DNA from: Pseudomonas aeruginosa
GTDB lineage: Bacteria > Pseudomonadota > Gammaproteobacteria > Pseudomonadales > Pseudomonadaceae
Reading direction: 5' to 3'
DNA: 32,000 bases
Assembly (NCBI RefSeq): GCF_001457615.1
Contig: NZ_LN831024.1
Coordinates: forward strand, 240,001 to 272,000
Part shown: one piece after another, positions 1 to 8,075 of the stretch
Numbering within the stretch: the first letter of the stretch is position 1
How the letters are laid out: the number at the start of each line of letters is the position of its first letter
Translations under genes and position numbers: made by a program
Notes under the pieces: model-generated
What the model saw: the letters and a program-made list of their open reading frames with translations, nothing else
Database searches by the model: none
Told to the model about the DNA's origin: nothing

Positions 1-153
1 GAACAGCTGCACGCCGAAGCTTTCCTCCAGACCCTTCACCGCCGTGGAGATCGACGGCTGGGCGATGTACAGCTTGCGCGAGGCCTCGGCCACGCTGCCG
101 CATTCCACGGTGGTCACGAAATACTTGAGTTGCCGCAAGGTATAGGACGCCAC
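1..153 (-). CDS. LysR-family transcriptional regulator, N-terminal HTH portion only (gene runs off the window start)
   Basis: Reverse-strand translation from GTG at 153 reads (M)ASYTLRQLKYFVTTVECGSVAEASRKLYIAQPSISTAVKGLEESFGVQLF, a typical LysR winged-HTH. The gene is divergent from the aldehyde dehydrogenase gene. It is absent from the ORF track because the window edge truncates it. Confidence 0.75.
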   Translation of the reverse strand, partial: MASYTLRQLKYFVTTVECGSVAEASRKLYIAQPSISTAVKGLEESFGVQLF

Positions 154-344
154 TGCAAGACCTCATCGGCGCATCATCCTCCCCGGGCCGGGCGTGCGCG
201 CCTCGATTGTTGTGTCCGCCGCGCTGCAAGCAAGTTGCAGGCCGCTGCCGGGCGTCGCGGCGCTGGCCGCGACGACGATTGCCCGCCTGCACGATAACCC
301 AGCACGACGCACTTTGCCGGGGCACGCCTGGCCAGCTTTTTCTT

Positions 345-359
345 ATGTCCCGAGGACAT
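345..359. promoter_or_regulatory. Candidate LysR box: perfect dyad ATGTCC-cga-GGACAT containing T-N11-A, followed by an AT-rich tract
   Basis: ATGTCCCGAGGACAT at 345-359, with T346 and A358 separated by 11 nt. The AT-rich tract TTTTAATAATTTT follows at 360-372. The site lies in the 350-bp divergent region between the LysR gene and the aldehyde dehydrogenase gene. Confidence 0.4.
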
Positions 360-503
360 TTTTAATAATTTTCCTTCGCCGCGGCTTGCGCGACCATCCT
401 TCCCCATCGACCCCATGGACAGCGGTCCGCCTCCCGGCGGTCCGGGCCATGCGTGCAGAACCACGACCGGCGCAGACCGGCGAGATAACAAGGAGAAGGT
501 GGG

Positions 504-1994
504 GTGTTCGAACTCAGCGATTGGCAACGGCGCGCCGCGACACAGCGCTTCATCGACCAGGCCCTGATCGGCGGCCGCCAGCGTCCAGCCGCCAGCGGCG
601 CTACCTTCGACGCCATCGATCCGGCGAGCAATCGCCTGCTGGCGCGGGTCGCGGCCTGCGATGCGGCCGACGTCGACGCGGCAGTGGCCGCCGCCCGCCG
701 CGCCTTCGACGAAGGCCCCTGGGCGCGTCTCGCCCCGGTCGAGCGCAAGCGCGTGCTGCTGCGCCTGGCCGAGCTGATGCTGGCCCATCGCGAAGAGCTG
801 GCGCTGCTCGACTCGCTGAACATGGGCAAGCCGGTGATGGACGCCTGGAACATCGATGTACCCGGCGCCGCCCACGTCTTCGCCTGGTATGCGGAAAGCC
901 TCGACAAGCTCTACGACCAGGTCGCGCCGACCGCCCAGCAGACCCTGGCCACCATTACCCGCGTGCCGCTGGGGGTGATCGGCGCGGTGGTGCCGTGGAA
1001 CTTCCCGCTCGACATGGCCGCCTGGAAGCTCGCCCCGGCCCTGGCCGCCGGCAACTCGGTGGTGCTCAAGCCGGCCGAGCAGTCGCCGTTCTCCGCCCTG
1101 CGCCTGGCCGAGCTGGCCCTGGAGGCGGGGGTGCCGGAAGGCGTGCTGAACGTGGTGCCGGGCCTCGGCGAGCAGGCCGGCAAGGCCCTCGGCTTGCACC
1201 CGGAGGTGGACGCACTGGTGTTCACCGGCTCCACCGAGGTCGGCAAGTACTTCATGCAGTATTCCGCGCAATCCAACCTCAAGCAGGTCTGGCTGGAGTG
1301 CGGCGGCAAGAGTCCGAACCTGGTGTTCGCCGATTGCCGCGATCTTGACCAGGCGGCGGAAAAGGCCGCCTTCGGCATTTTCTTCAACCAGGGCGAGGTC
1401 TGTTCGGCGAACTCGCGCTTGCTGGTGGAGCGTTCGATCCACGACGAGTTCGTCGAGCGCCTGCTGGCCAAGGCCCGCGACTGGCAGCCGGGCGATCCGC
1501 TGGACCCGGCCAGCCGCGCCGGCGCCATCGTCGACCGCCGGCAGACCGCCGGGATTCTCGCCGCCATCGAGCGGGCGCAAGGCGAGGGCGCGACCCTGCT
1601 CGGCGGTGGCCGCCAGTTGACGATCAACGGTTCGGACAACTTCATCGAACCGACCCTGTTCGGCGACGTACGCCCGGACATGCAGCTGGCCCGCGAGGAA
1701 ATCTTCGGTCCGGTGCTGGCGATCAGCGCCTTCGACTCCGAGGACGAGGCCATACGCCTGGCCAACGACAGCCGCTACGGCCTCGCCGCCTCGCTGTGGA
1801 GCGACGACCTGCACCGTGCACACCGGGTGGCGCGGCGCTTGAATGCCGGAACGGTGTCGGTGAATACCGTGGACGCGCTGGACGTCGCGGTGCCTTTCGG
1901 CGGCGGCAAGCAGTCCGGCTTCGGTCGCGACCTGTCGCTGCATTCCTTCGACAAGTACACCCAGTTGAAGACGACCTGGTTCCAGTTGCGCTGA
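504..1994 (+). CDS. NAD(P)-dependent aldehyde dehydrogenase (PuuC/KauB-like aminoaldehyde dehydrogenase type)
   Basis: 496-aa ORF with GTG start and AAGGAGA RBS at 490-496. It has ALDH hallmarks (VVPWNFP, catalytic region ELGGKSP-like LECGGKSPNLVF, FFNQGEVCSANSR with the catalytic Cys). It is the first gene of a tightly spaced three-gene run. Confidence 0.93.
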   Translation: MFELSDWQRRAATQRFIDQALIGGRQRPAASGATFDAIDPASNRLLARVAACDAADVDAAVAAARRAFDEGPWARLAPVERKRVLLRLAELMLAHREELALLDSLNMGKPVMDAWNIDVPGAAHVFAWYAESLDKLYDQVAPTAQQTLATITRVPLGVIGAVVPWNFPLDMAAWKLAPALAAGNSVVLKPAEQSPFSALRLAELALEAGVPEGVLNVVPGLGEQAGKALGLHPEVDALVFTGSTEVGKYFMQYSAQSNLKQVWLECGGKSPNLVFADCRDLDQAAEKAAFGIFFNQGEVCSANSRLLVERSIHDEFVERLLAKARDWQPGDPLDPASRAGAIVDRRQTAGILAAIERAQGEGATLLGGGRQLTINGSDNFIEPTLFGDVRPDMQLAREEIFGPVLAISAFDSEDEAIRLANDSRYGLAASLWSDDLHRAHRVARRLNAGTVSVNTVDALDVAVPFGGGKQSGFGRDLSLHSFDKYTQLKTTWFQLR

Positions 1995-2051
1995 AGACGC
2001 GACGGACGCGACACGACTCGATGCCGATAACGACAACAAGAGGACGATCGA

Positions 2052-3485
2052 ATGAACGACACGCCGAACGTGCGTGAGCCGGCCCTGCGCCGCGTGCTCG
2101 GGCTGGGACCGCTGCTGGCGGTGGCCATCGGCCTGGTGGTTTCCCAGGGCGTGATGGTACTGATGCTGCAAGGCGCCGGGACGGCCGGCCTGGGCTTCAT
2201 CGTGCCGCTGGGAGTGGCCTACCTGCTGGCGCTGAGCTACGCCTTTTCCTTTTCCGAGCTGGCCCTGATGATTCCCCGCGCCGGTAGCCTGAGCAGCTAC
2301 ACCGAGGTGGCCATCGGGCATTTCCCGGCGATCCTGGCGACCTTTTCCGGCTACGTGGTGGTGGCGATGTTCGCCCTCTCGGCGGAACTGCTGCTGCTCG
2401 ACCTGATCATCGGCAAGGTCTACCCCGGCGCGCTGCCGCCGATGCTGGTGGCCTACGGCGTGCTCGGCCTGTTCACCCTGCTCAACCTGCTCGGCATCGA
2501 CATCTTCGCGCGCCTGCAGAGCGCGCTGGCGCTGCTGATGATGATCGTCCTGCTGGTGCTCGGCCTGGGTGCGGTGAGCAGCGACCACGCTTCCGCGCAG
2601 ACCGCCCTGGCGAGCGGCTGGAACCCGCTCGGGGTAAGCGCCCTGGCGCTCACCGCGATGGCCGTGTGGGGCTTCGTCGGCGCCGAGTTCGTCTGCCCGC
2701 TGGTGGAGGAGACGCGGCGTCCGGAGCGCAACATCCCGCGTTCGATGATCCTCGGCCTGAGCATCATCTTCCTGACCATCGCCCTCTACTGCTTCGGTGC
2801 GCTGCTGTGCATCCCGCAGGCGGAACTGGCCGGCGACCCGCTGCCACACTTCCTCTTCGCCAACCGCGTGTTCGGCGAGTACGGCCAGCTGTTCCTGGTG
2901 ATCGCCGCGATCACCGCCACCTGCAGCACCCTCAACTCGTCGCTGGCGGCGATCCCGCGGATGCTCTACGGGATGGCGCAGAACGGCCAGGCCTTCCCGC
3001 AATTCAAGCAGCTCAGCCGGCGGGCGCGCACGCCCTGGGTGGCGGTGCTGTTCGTCGCCGCGATCACCGGCCTGCCGATCCTGATCCTCGGCCAGGACCC
3101 GGACTCGATCAACCTGCTGCTGCTCGCCGCCGCGCTGGCCTGGCTGCTGGCCTACATCATCGCCCACGTCGACGTGCTGGCCCTGCGCCGTCGCTATCCG
3201 CACATCGCCCGTCCGTTCCGCACGCCGTTCTACCCGCTGCCGCAACTGTTCGGCATCGCCGGGATGATCTACGCGGTGGTCCACGTCTCGCCGACCCCGG
3301 AAATGACCGGACGGATCTTCGCCAGCGCCGGCGTGGTGCTCGGCGTGGTCTCGCTGGTGGCGGTGGTGTGGATCAAGGGCGTGATGCGCAAGCCCCTCTT
3401 CGTACCCGAACCGCTCGAGACGGCCGGTGAGACTGCCCAGGGCAAGTCCGTCGCCCTCGATCCCCTGCAATCCCCTTCGGCCTGA
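2052..3485 (+). CDS. APC-superfamily amino acid/polyamine permease
   Basis: 477-aa, highly hydrophobic multi-TM protein. RBS AAGAGGA lies upstream, and the gene starts 57 bp after the ALDH stop. Confidence 0.88.
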   Translation: MNDTPNVREPALRRVLGLGPLLAVAIGLVVSQGVMVLMLQGAGTAGLGFIVPLGVAYLLALSYAFSFSELALMIPRAGSLSSYTEVAIGHFPAILATFSGYVVVAMFALSAELLLLDLIIGKVYPGALPPMLVAYGVLGLFTLLNLLGIDIFARLQSALALLMMIVLLVLGLGAVSSDHASAQTALASGWNPLGVSALALTAMAVWGFVGAEFVCPLVEETRRPERNIPRSMILGLSIIFLTIALYCFGALLCIPQAELAGDPLPHFLFANRVFGEYGQLFLVIAAITATCSTLNSSLAAIPRMLYGMAQNGQAFPQFKQLSRRARTPWVAVLFVAAITGLPILILGQDPDSINLLLLAAALAWLLAYIIAHVDVLALRRRYPHIARPFRTPFYPLPQLFGIAGMIYAVVHVSPTPEMTGRIFASAGVVLGVVSLVAVVWIKGVMRKPLFVPEPLETAGETAQGKSVALDPLQSPSA

Positions 3486-3515
3486 CGCGCCAAGGGAACA
3501 AGGAGAACACAGACG

Positions 3516-4898
3516 ATGACCGCTCAGCTCAACCCGCAGCGCGACACCCGCGACTACCAGCAACTGGACGCCGCGCACCACATCCACGCCTTCCTCGACC
3601 AGAAGGCGCTGAACCGCGAAGGCCCGCGGGTGATGGTCCGCGGCGATGGCCTGCAGCTCTGGGACAACGACGGCAAGCGCTACCTGGACGGCATGTCCGG
3701 CCTCTGGTGCACCAACCTCGGCTACGGCCGCCAGGACCTCGCCGCCGCCGCCAGCCGCCAGCTGGAACAACTGCCGTACTACAACATGTTCTTCCACACC
3801 ACCCACCCGGCGGTGGTGGAGCTTTCCGAGATGCTCTTCAGCCTGCTGCCGGACCACTACAGCCACGCGATCTACACCAACTCCGGCTCCGAGGCCAACG
3901 AGGTGCTGATCCGTACCGTGCGGCGCTACTGGCAGATCCTCGGCAAGCCGCAGAAGAAGATCATGATCGGCCGCTGGAACGGCTACCACGGCTCGACCCT
4001 GGGCAGCACCGCGCTCGGCGGGATGAAGTTCATGCACGAGATGGGCGGCATGCTGCCGGACTTCGCCCACATCGACGAACCCTACTGGTACGCCAACGGC
4101 GGCGAGCTGAGCCCGGCCGAGTTCGGTCGCCGCGCGGCGCTGCAACTGGAGGAGAAGATCCTCGAACTGGGCGCGGAGAACGTCGCCGCCTTCGTCGCCG
4201 AGCCCTTCCAGGGCGCCGGCGGCATGATCTTCCCGCCGCAAAGCTATTGGCCGGAGATCCAGCGCATCTGCCGGCAGTACGACGTGCTGCTGTGCGCCGA
4301 CGAAGTGATCGGCGGCTTCGGCCGCACCGGCGAATGGTTCGCCCACGAACACTTCGGCTTCCAGCCGGACACCCTGTCCATCGCCAAGGGCCTGACGTCC
4401 GGCTACATCCCCATGGGCGGCCTGGTACTCGGCAAGCGCATCGCCGAGGTGCTGGTGGAGCAGGGCGGGGTGTTCGCCCACGGCCTGACCTATTCCGGCC
4501 ACCCGGTGGCGGCGGCGGTGGCCATCGCCAACCTCAAGGCGCTGCGCGACGAGGGCGTGGTCACGCGGGTCAGGGAGGAGACCGGACCCTACCTGCAACG
4601 CTGCCTGCGCGAGGTCTTCGGCGACCATCCGCTGGTCGGCGAGGTCCAGGGCGCCGGCTTCGTCGCCGCGCTGCAGTTCGCCGAGGACAAGGCGACCCGC
4701 AAGCGCTTCGCCAACGAGAACGATCTGGCCTGGCGCTGCCGCACCATCGGCTTCGAGGAGGGCGTGATCATCCGCTCCACCCTCGGCCGCATGATCATGG
4801 CCCCGGCGCTGGTGGCCGGGCGTGCCGAGATCGACGAACTGATCGACAAGACCCGTATCGCGGTGGATCGCACCGCGCGCGAGATCGGCGTGCTCTGA
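3516..4898 (+). CDS. Class-III (omega) aminotransferase, PLP-dependent (SpuC / beta-alanine-pyruvate transaminase-like)
   Basis: 460-aa ORF with AAGGAGA RBS at 3500-3506. Motifs include YNMFFHTTH, TNSGSEANE, ADEVIGGFGRTG and the SIAKGLTSGY PLP-lysine region. Confidence 0.93.
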   Translation: MTAQLNPQRDTRDYQQLDAAHHIHAFLDQKALNREGPRVMVRGDGLQLWDNDGKRYLDGMSGLWCTNLGYGRQDLAAAASRQLEQLPYYNMFFHTTHPAVVELSEMLFSLLPDHYSHAIYTNSGSEANEVLIRTVRRYWQILGKPQKKIMIGRWNGYHGSTLGSTALGGMKFMHEMGGMLPDFAHIDEPYWYANGGELSPAEFGRRAALQLEEKILELGAENVAAFVAEPFQGAGGMIFPPQSYWPEIQRICRQYDVLLCADEVIGGFGRTGEWFAHEHFGFQPDTLSIAKGLTSGYIPMGGLVLGKRIAEVLVEQGGVFAHGLTYSGHPVAAAVAIANLKALRDEGVVTRVREETGPYLQRCLREVFGDHPLVGEVQGAGFVAALQFAEDKATRKRFANENDLAWRCRTIGFEEGVIIRSTLGRMIMAPALVAGRAEIDELIDKTRIAVDRTAREIGVL

Positions 4899-4906
4899 CG
4901 CGCCCC

Positions 4907-4932
4907 GGCGGCCCGGCCTCGGCCGGGTCGCC
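4907..4932 (+). terminator. GC-rich stem-loop after the aminotransferase gene (no U-tract)
   Basis: GGCGGCCCGGC-ctcg-GCCGGGTCGCC forms an 11-bp stem (one G-U pair), 9 bp after the stop codon. The lack of a T-run makes terminator function uncertain. Confidence 0.3.
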
Positions 4933-5061
4933 TGCGACACGGAGCGTCCCCCCATAACGACGATGCGGCGCCTGGCGACCGCGCGCGGAACCGTTTCGGC
5001 CTCTGGCCGGCAACTGCCTCAGCAACATCACAACAATGCCAATCGGCTGTGGGAGTGTTCC

Positions 5062-6120
5062 ATGTTCAAGTCCTTGCACCAGTACGCACACGTGTTTTCC
5101 CGGTTGTCCCTGTTCGGCCTGGCGTTCGCCGCGGCGGCCCAGGCGCAGAGCCAGAGCCTGACGGTGATCTCCTTCGGCGGCGCGACCAAGGCCGCCCAGG
5201 AACAGGCCTATTTCAAACCCTTCGAGCGAAGCGGCGGCGGGCAGGTGGTCGCCGGCGAATACAACGGCGAAATGGCCAAGGTGAAGGCCATGGTCGACGT
5301 CGGCAAGGTCAGCTGGGACGTGGTCGAGGTGGAGAGCCCCGAACTGCTCCGCGGCTGCGACGAGGGGCTGTTCGAACGCCTCGACCCGGCGCGTTTCGGC
5401 GACCCCGCGCAGTTCGTCCCCGGCACTTTCAGCGAGTGCGGGGTGGCCACCTACGTCTGGTCGATGGTGATGGCCTACGACTCGACGAAGCTGGCCAGGG
5501 CGCCGCAGTCCTGGGCGGATTTCTGGAACGTCCGCGAGTTCCCCGGCAAGCGTGGCCTGCGCAAGGGCGCCAAGTACACCCTGGAAGTGGCGTTGCTGGC
5601 CGACGGGGTGAAGGCGGAGGACCTCTACAAGGTACTCGCCACCCCGGAGGGGGTCAGCCGCGCCTTCGCCAAGCTCGACCAGCTCAAGCCGAACATCCAG
5701 TGGTGGGAGGCCGGCGCCCAGCCGCCGCAATGGCTGGCGGCCGGCGACGTGGTGATGAGCGCGGCCTACAACGGGCGCATCGCCGCTGCGCAGAAGGAGG
5801 GGGTGAAACTGGCCATCGTCTGGCCCGGCAGTCTCTACGATCCGGAGTACTGGGCGGTGGTGAAGGGCACGCCGAACAAGGCGCTGGCGGAGAAATTCAT
5901 CGCCTTCGCCAGCCAGCCGCAGACGCAGAAGGTGTTCTCCGAGCAGATCCCCTACGGGCCGGTACACAAGGGCACCCTGGCGTTGCTGCCGAAGACGGTG
6001 CAGGAGGCGCTGCCGACCGCGCCGGCCAACCTCGAAGGCGCGCGGGCGGTGGATGCCGAGTTCTGGGTGGACCACGGCGAGGAGCTGGAACAGCGTTTCA
6101 ATGCCTGGGCGGCGCGCTGA
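5062..6120 (+). CDS. Periplasmic solute-binding protein, PotD/PotF (polyamine/amine-binding, SBP family 1) type, with signal peptide
   Basis: I chose the ATG at 5062 (MFKSLHQYAHVFSRLSLFGLAFAAAAQAQS..., GGGAG RBS at 5051-5055) rather than the track start at 4963. No ABC permease or ATPase genes are adjacent. Confidence 0.82.
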   Translation: MFKSLHQYAHVFSRLSLFGLAFAAAAQAQSQSLTVISFGGATKAAQEQAYFKPFERSGGGQVVAGEYNGEMAKVKAMVDVGKVSWDVVEVESPELLRGCDEGLFERLDPARFGDPAQFVPGTFSECGVATYVWSMVMAYDSTKLARAPQSWADFWNVREFPGKRGLRKGAKYTLEVALLADGVKAEDLYKVLATPEGVSRAFAKLDQLKPNIQWWEAGAQPPQWLAAGDVVMSAAYNGRIAAAQKEGVKLAIVWPGSLYDPEYWAVVKGTPNKALAEKFIAFASQPQTQKVFSEQIPYGPVHKGTLALLPKTVQEALPTAPANLEGARAVDAEFWVDHGEELEQRFNAWAAR

Positions 6121-6137
6121 GCGCGCTGCGCGTCGGC

Positions 6138-6174
6138 AAAAAAAATGACGGGCCCCAAGTCGTCCGGGCCCGTC
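6138..6174 (-). terminator. Intrinsic terminator for the minus-strand DHDPS-like gene; possibly bidirectional
   Basis: The hairpin GACGGGCCC (6147-6155) / GGGCCCGTC (6166-6174) has a 9-bp stem. On the minus strand it is followed by a run of 8 T (A-run 6138-6145). It lies between convergent genes. Confidence 0.65.
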
Positions 6175-6197
6175 GGGTCAAAGCGCTGACGGGGTGA

Positions 6198-7079
6198 TCA
6201 GCGCAGCTCTTCCAACAACCCCTGCAGATACCGACAGCCCTCGGTATCCAGCGCCTGCACCGGAAGGCGCGGCGCCCCCACCTCCAGGCCGGAGAGGCCC
6301 AGGCCGGCCTTGATGGTGGTCGGCAGGCCCCGGCGGAGGATGAAGTCGAGCAGCGGCAACTGCCGGTAGAACAGCGCGCGGGCCTTCTCCAGGTCGCCGT
6401 CGAGCACCGCCTGGTAGAGCTGGCCGTTGAGCGTCGGGATCAGGTTCGGCGCGGCGCTGCACCAGCCTTTCGCGCCGGCCACGAAGGCCTCCAGCGCCAG
6501 CGGGTTGCAGCCGTTGTAGAAGGGCACCCGGCCTTCGCCGAGCAGGCGCAGCTTGTGCATGCGCTGGATGTCGCCGGTGCTCTCCTTGACCATGGTCACG
6601 TTGTCCACTTCGCGGACGATGCGCAGGATCAGTTCCACCGACATGTCGATGCCGCTGGTGCCCGGGTTGTTGTAGAGCATCACCGGCACGCCGATGGCTT
6701 CGCCCACCGCGCGGTAGTGCTGGAACACTTCCGCCTCGTTGAGCTTCCAGTAGGAGATCGGCAGGACCATCACCGCCTCGGCGCCGAGGGATTCGGCGAA
6801 CTGCGCGCGGCGCACGGTCTTGGCGGTGGTCAGGTCGGAGACGCTGACGATGGTCGGCACGCGATGGGCGACGGTCTTCAGGGTGAAGTCGACCACCTCG
6901 TCCCATTCCGGGTCGCTCAGGTAGGCGCCTTCGCCGGTGCTGCCGAGCGGGGCGATGGCGTGCACGCCGCCGTCGATCAGGCGCTCGATGGAGCGGCCGA
7001 GGGCCGGCAGGTCGAGACCGCCGTCGGCGGCGAAGGGGGTGATGGTGTAGCCGATGATGCCGTGGATGGATGCGGACAT
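6198..7079 (-). CDS. Dihydrodipicolinate synthase / N-acetylneuraminate lyase family class-I aldolase (function not assignable)
   Basis: 293 aa from the ATG at 7079 (MSASIHGIIGYTITPF...), with a GSTGEG motif and the MVKESTGD Schiff-base lysine region. The track ORF extends to 7574, but that extension overlaps the next gene. An alternative start is ATG 7097. No strong SD is visible for either start. Confidence 0.88.
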   Translation of the reverse strand: MSASIHGIIGYTITPFAADGGLDLPALGRSIERLIDGGVHAIAPLGSTGEGAYLSDPEWDEVVDFTLKTVAHRVPTIVSVSDLTTAKTVRRAQFAESLGAEAVMVLPISYWKLNEAEVFQHYRAVGEAIGVPVMLYNNPGTSGIDMSVELILRIVREVDNVTMVKESTGDIQRMHKLRLLGEGRVPFYNGCNPLALEAFVAGAKGWCSAAPNLIPTLNGQLYQAVLDGDLEKARALFYRQLPLLDFILRRGLPTTIKAGLGLSGLEVGAPRLPVQALDTEGCRYLQGLLEELR

Positions 7080-7138
7080 TGGATGTACCCGTGACATTGA
7101 GTGGGAAATGCCAGGACGGACCTGGTGGGAAAGGTCGT

Positions 7139-7921
7139 TCAGCTCAGGCAGTCGCTGTTGCGCGGCAGGCAGCGCCGGGCGTAGTAGTTGAATGCGGCGC
7201 CGTGGCGCTTCGGGGTGGAGATCCAGTCGTGGGCCTCGCGCGCCAGGGCCGGCGGGATCGGCTTGATCTCCCCGGCGGCCATCGCCAGCAACTGCATCTT
7301 CGCCGCGCGCTCGAGCAGCACCGCGATCACGCAGGCCTCCTCGATGCTTGCACCGGTGGCCAGCAGGCCGTGATGGGAGAGCAGGATGGCGCGCTTGTCG
7401 CCGAGGGCGGCGGAGATGATCTCGCCTTCCTCGTTGCCTACCGGCACGCCCGGCCAGTCCTTGAGGAAGGCGCAGTCGTCGTATAGCGGGCAAAGATCCA
7501 TGTGCGAGACCTGCAGCGGTACTTCCAGGGTCGACAGCGCGGCGATGTGCAGCGGGTGGGTGTGGATGATGCAATTGACGTCCGGGCGGGCGCGGTAGAC
7601 CCAGCTGTGGAAGCGATTGGCCGGATTCGCCATGCCGTGCCCGTGGAGGACGTTGAGGTCTTCGTCGACCAGCAGCAGGTTGCCGGCGCTGATCTCGTCG
7701 AAGCCCAGGCCCAGTTGCTGGGTGTAGTAGGTCCCCGCCTCCGGGCCGCGCGAGGTGATCTGCCCGGCGAGCCCGGAGTCGTGGCCGGCCTCGAAGAGAA
7801 TCCGGCAGGTCAGGGCCAGCTTTTGCCGGTCAGTCCACGTATTATCGCCGAGGCTGCTTTTCATCTGCTTCAGCGCGTGCTGGATCAGTTGATCCTTGGG
7901 TAATTCCAGTGTCGTAGCCAT
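7139..7921 (-). CDS. Class-II aldolase/adducin-domain protein (metal-dependent aldolase, decarboxylase or dehydratase family)
   Basis: 260 aa from the ATG at 7921 (MATTLELPKDQ...), with AAGGAA RBS just upstream. A histidine-rich metal motif (IIHTHPLHIAA, LLSHHGLL) is present. The track start at 8020 lacks support. Confidence 0.88.
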   Translation of the reverse strand: MATTLELPKDQLIQHALKQMKSSLGDNTWTDRQKLALTCRILFEAGHDSGLAGQITSRGPEAGTYYTQQLGLGFDEISAGNLLLVDEDLNVLHGHGMANPANRFHSWVYRARPDVNCIIHTHPLHIAALSTLEVPLQVSHMDLCPLYDDCAFLKDWPGVPVGNEEGEIISAALGDKRAILLSHHGLLATGASIEEACVIAVLLERAAKMQLLAMAAGEIKPIPPALAREAHDWISTPKRHGAAFNYYARRCLPRNSDCLS

Positions 7922-7994
7922 GCGAGGTTCCTTTGACGGAGCGAGTCGGGGGAAACGCCAGGCAGTTGCGCGCCACGCAACGACCCGGCTGTAA

Positions 7995-8030
7995 ATGACA
8001 CGGATCAAGTTATATGACACAAAGTGTCAT
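7995..8030. promoter_or_regulatory. Candidate operator: perfect dyad ATGACAC-aaa-GTGTCAT plus an upstream third ATGACAC half-site
   Basis: ATGACAC at 7995-8001, ATGACACAAAGTGTCAT at 8014-8030. The site lies in the 154-bp AT-rich divergent region between the aldolase operon and the XRE-cupin regulator gene. Confidence 0.45.
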
Positions 8031-8075
8031 TAGCAAGAGAAAAGTTTCATCGCCATCGGGAGAAGGCTGTCCTCA

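Noticed and set aside
174-4955. 1593-aa ORF on the minus strand spanning almost 4.8 kb
   Set aside because: It lies antisense to three well-supported plus-strand genes (ALDH, permease, aminotransferase) with clear family motifs and RBSs. Its translation is low-complexity and rich in Arg/Ala/Gly/His, with no recognisable domain. Long stop-free antisense frames are expected in high-GC DNA with GC-rich third codon positions.
4963-5061. Upstream extensions of track ORFs (4963 for the SBP, 7574 and 8020 for the aldolases, 9428 and 9460 for pcaJ/pcaF, 14049 for pcaD, 15757 and 16853 for the LysR and OM-barrel genes, 19941, 23030, 26150 and 27130)
   Set aside because: The extensions overlap upstream genes or regulatory repeats, lack an RBS, or precede an obvious signal peptide or conserved N-terminus. 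Internal starts with SD sequences were preferred. A few remain uncertain (DHDPS-like 7079 vs 7097, IclR 20001 vs 19941, oxidoreductase TTG choices, MFS 26611 vs 26599).
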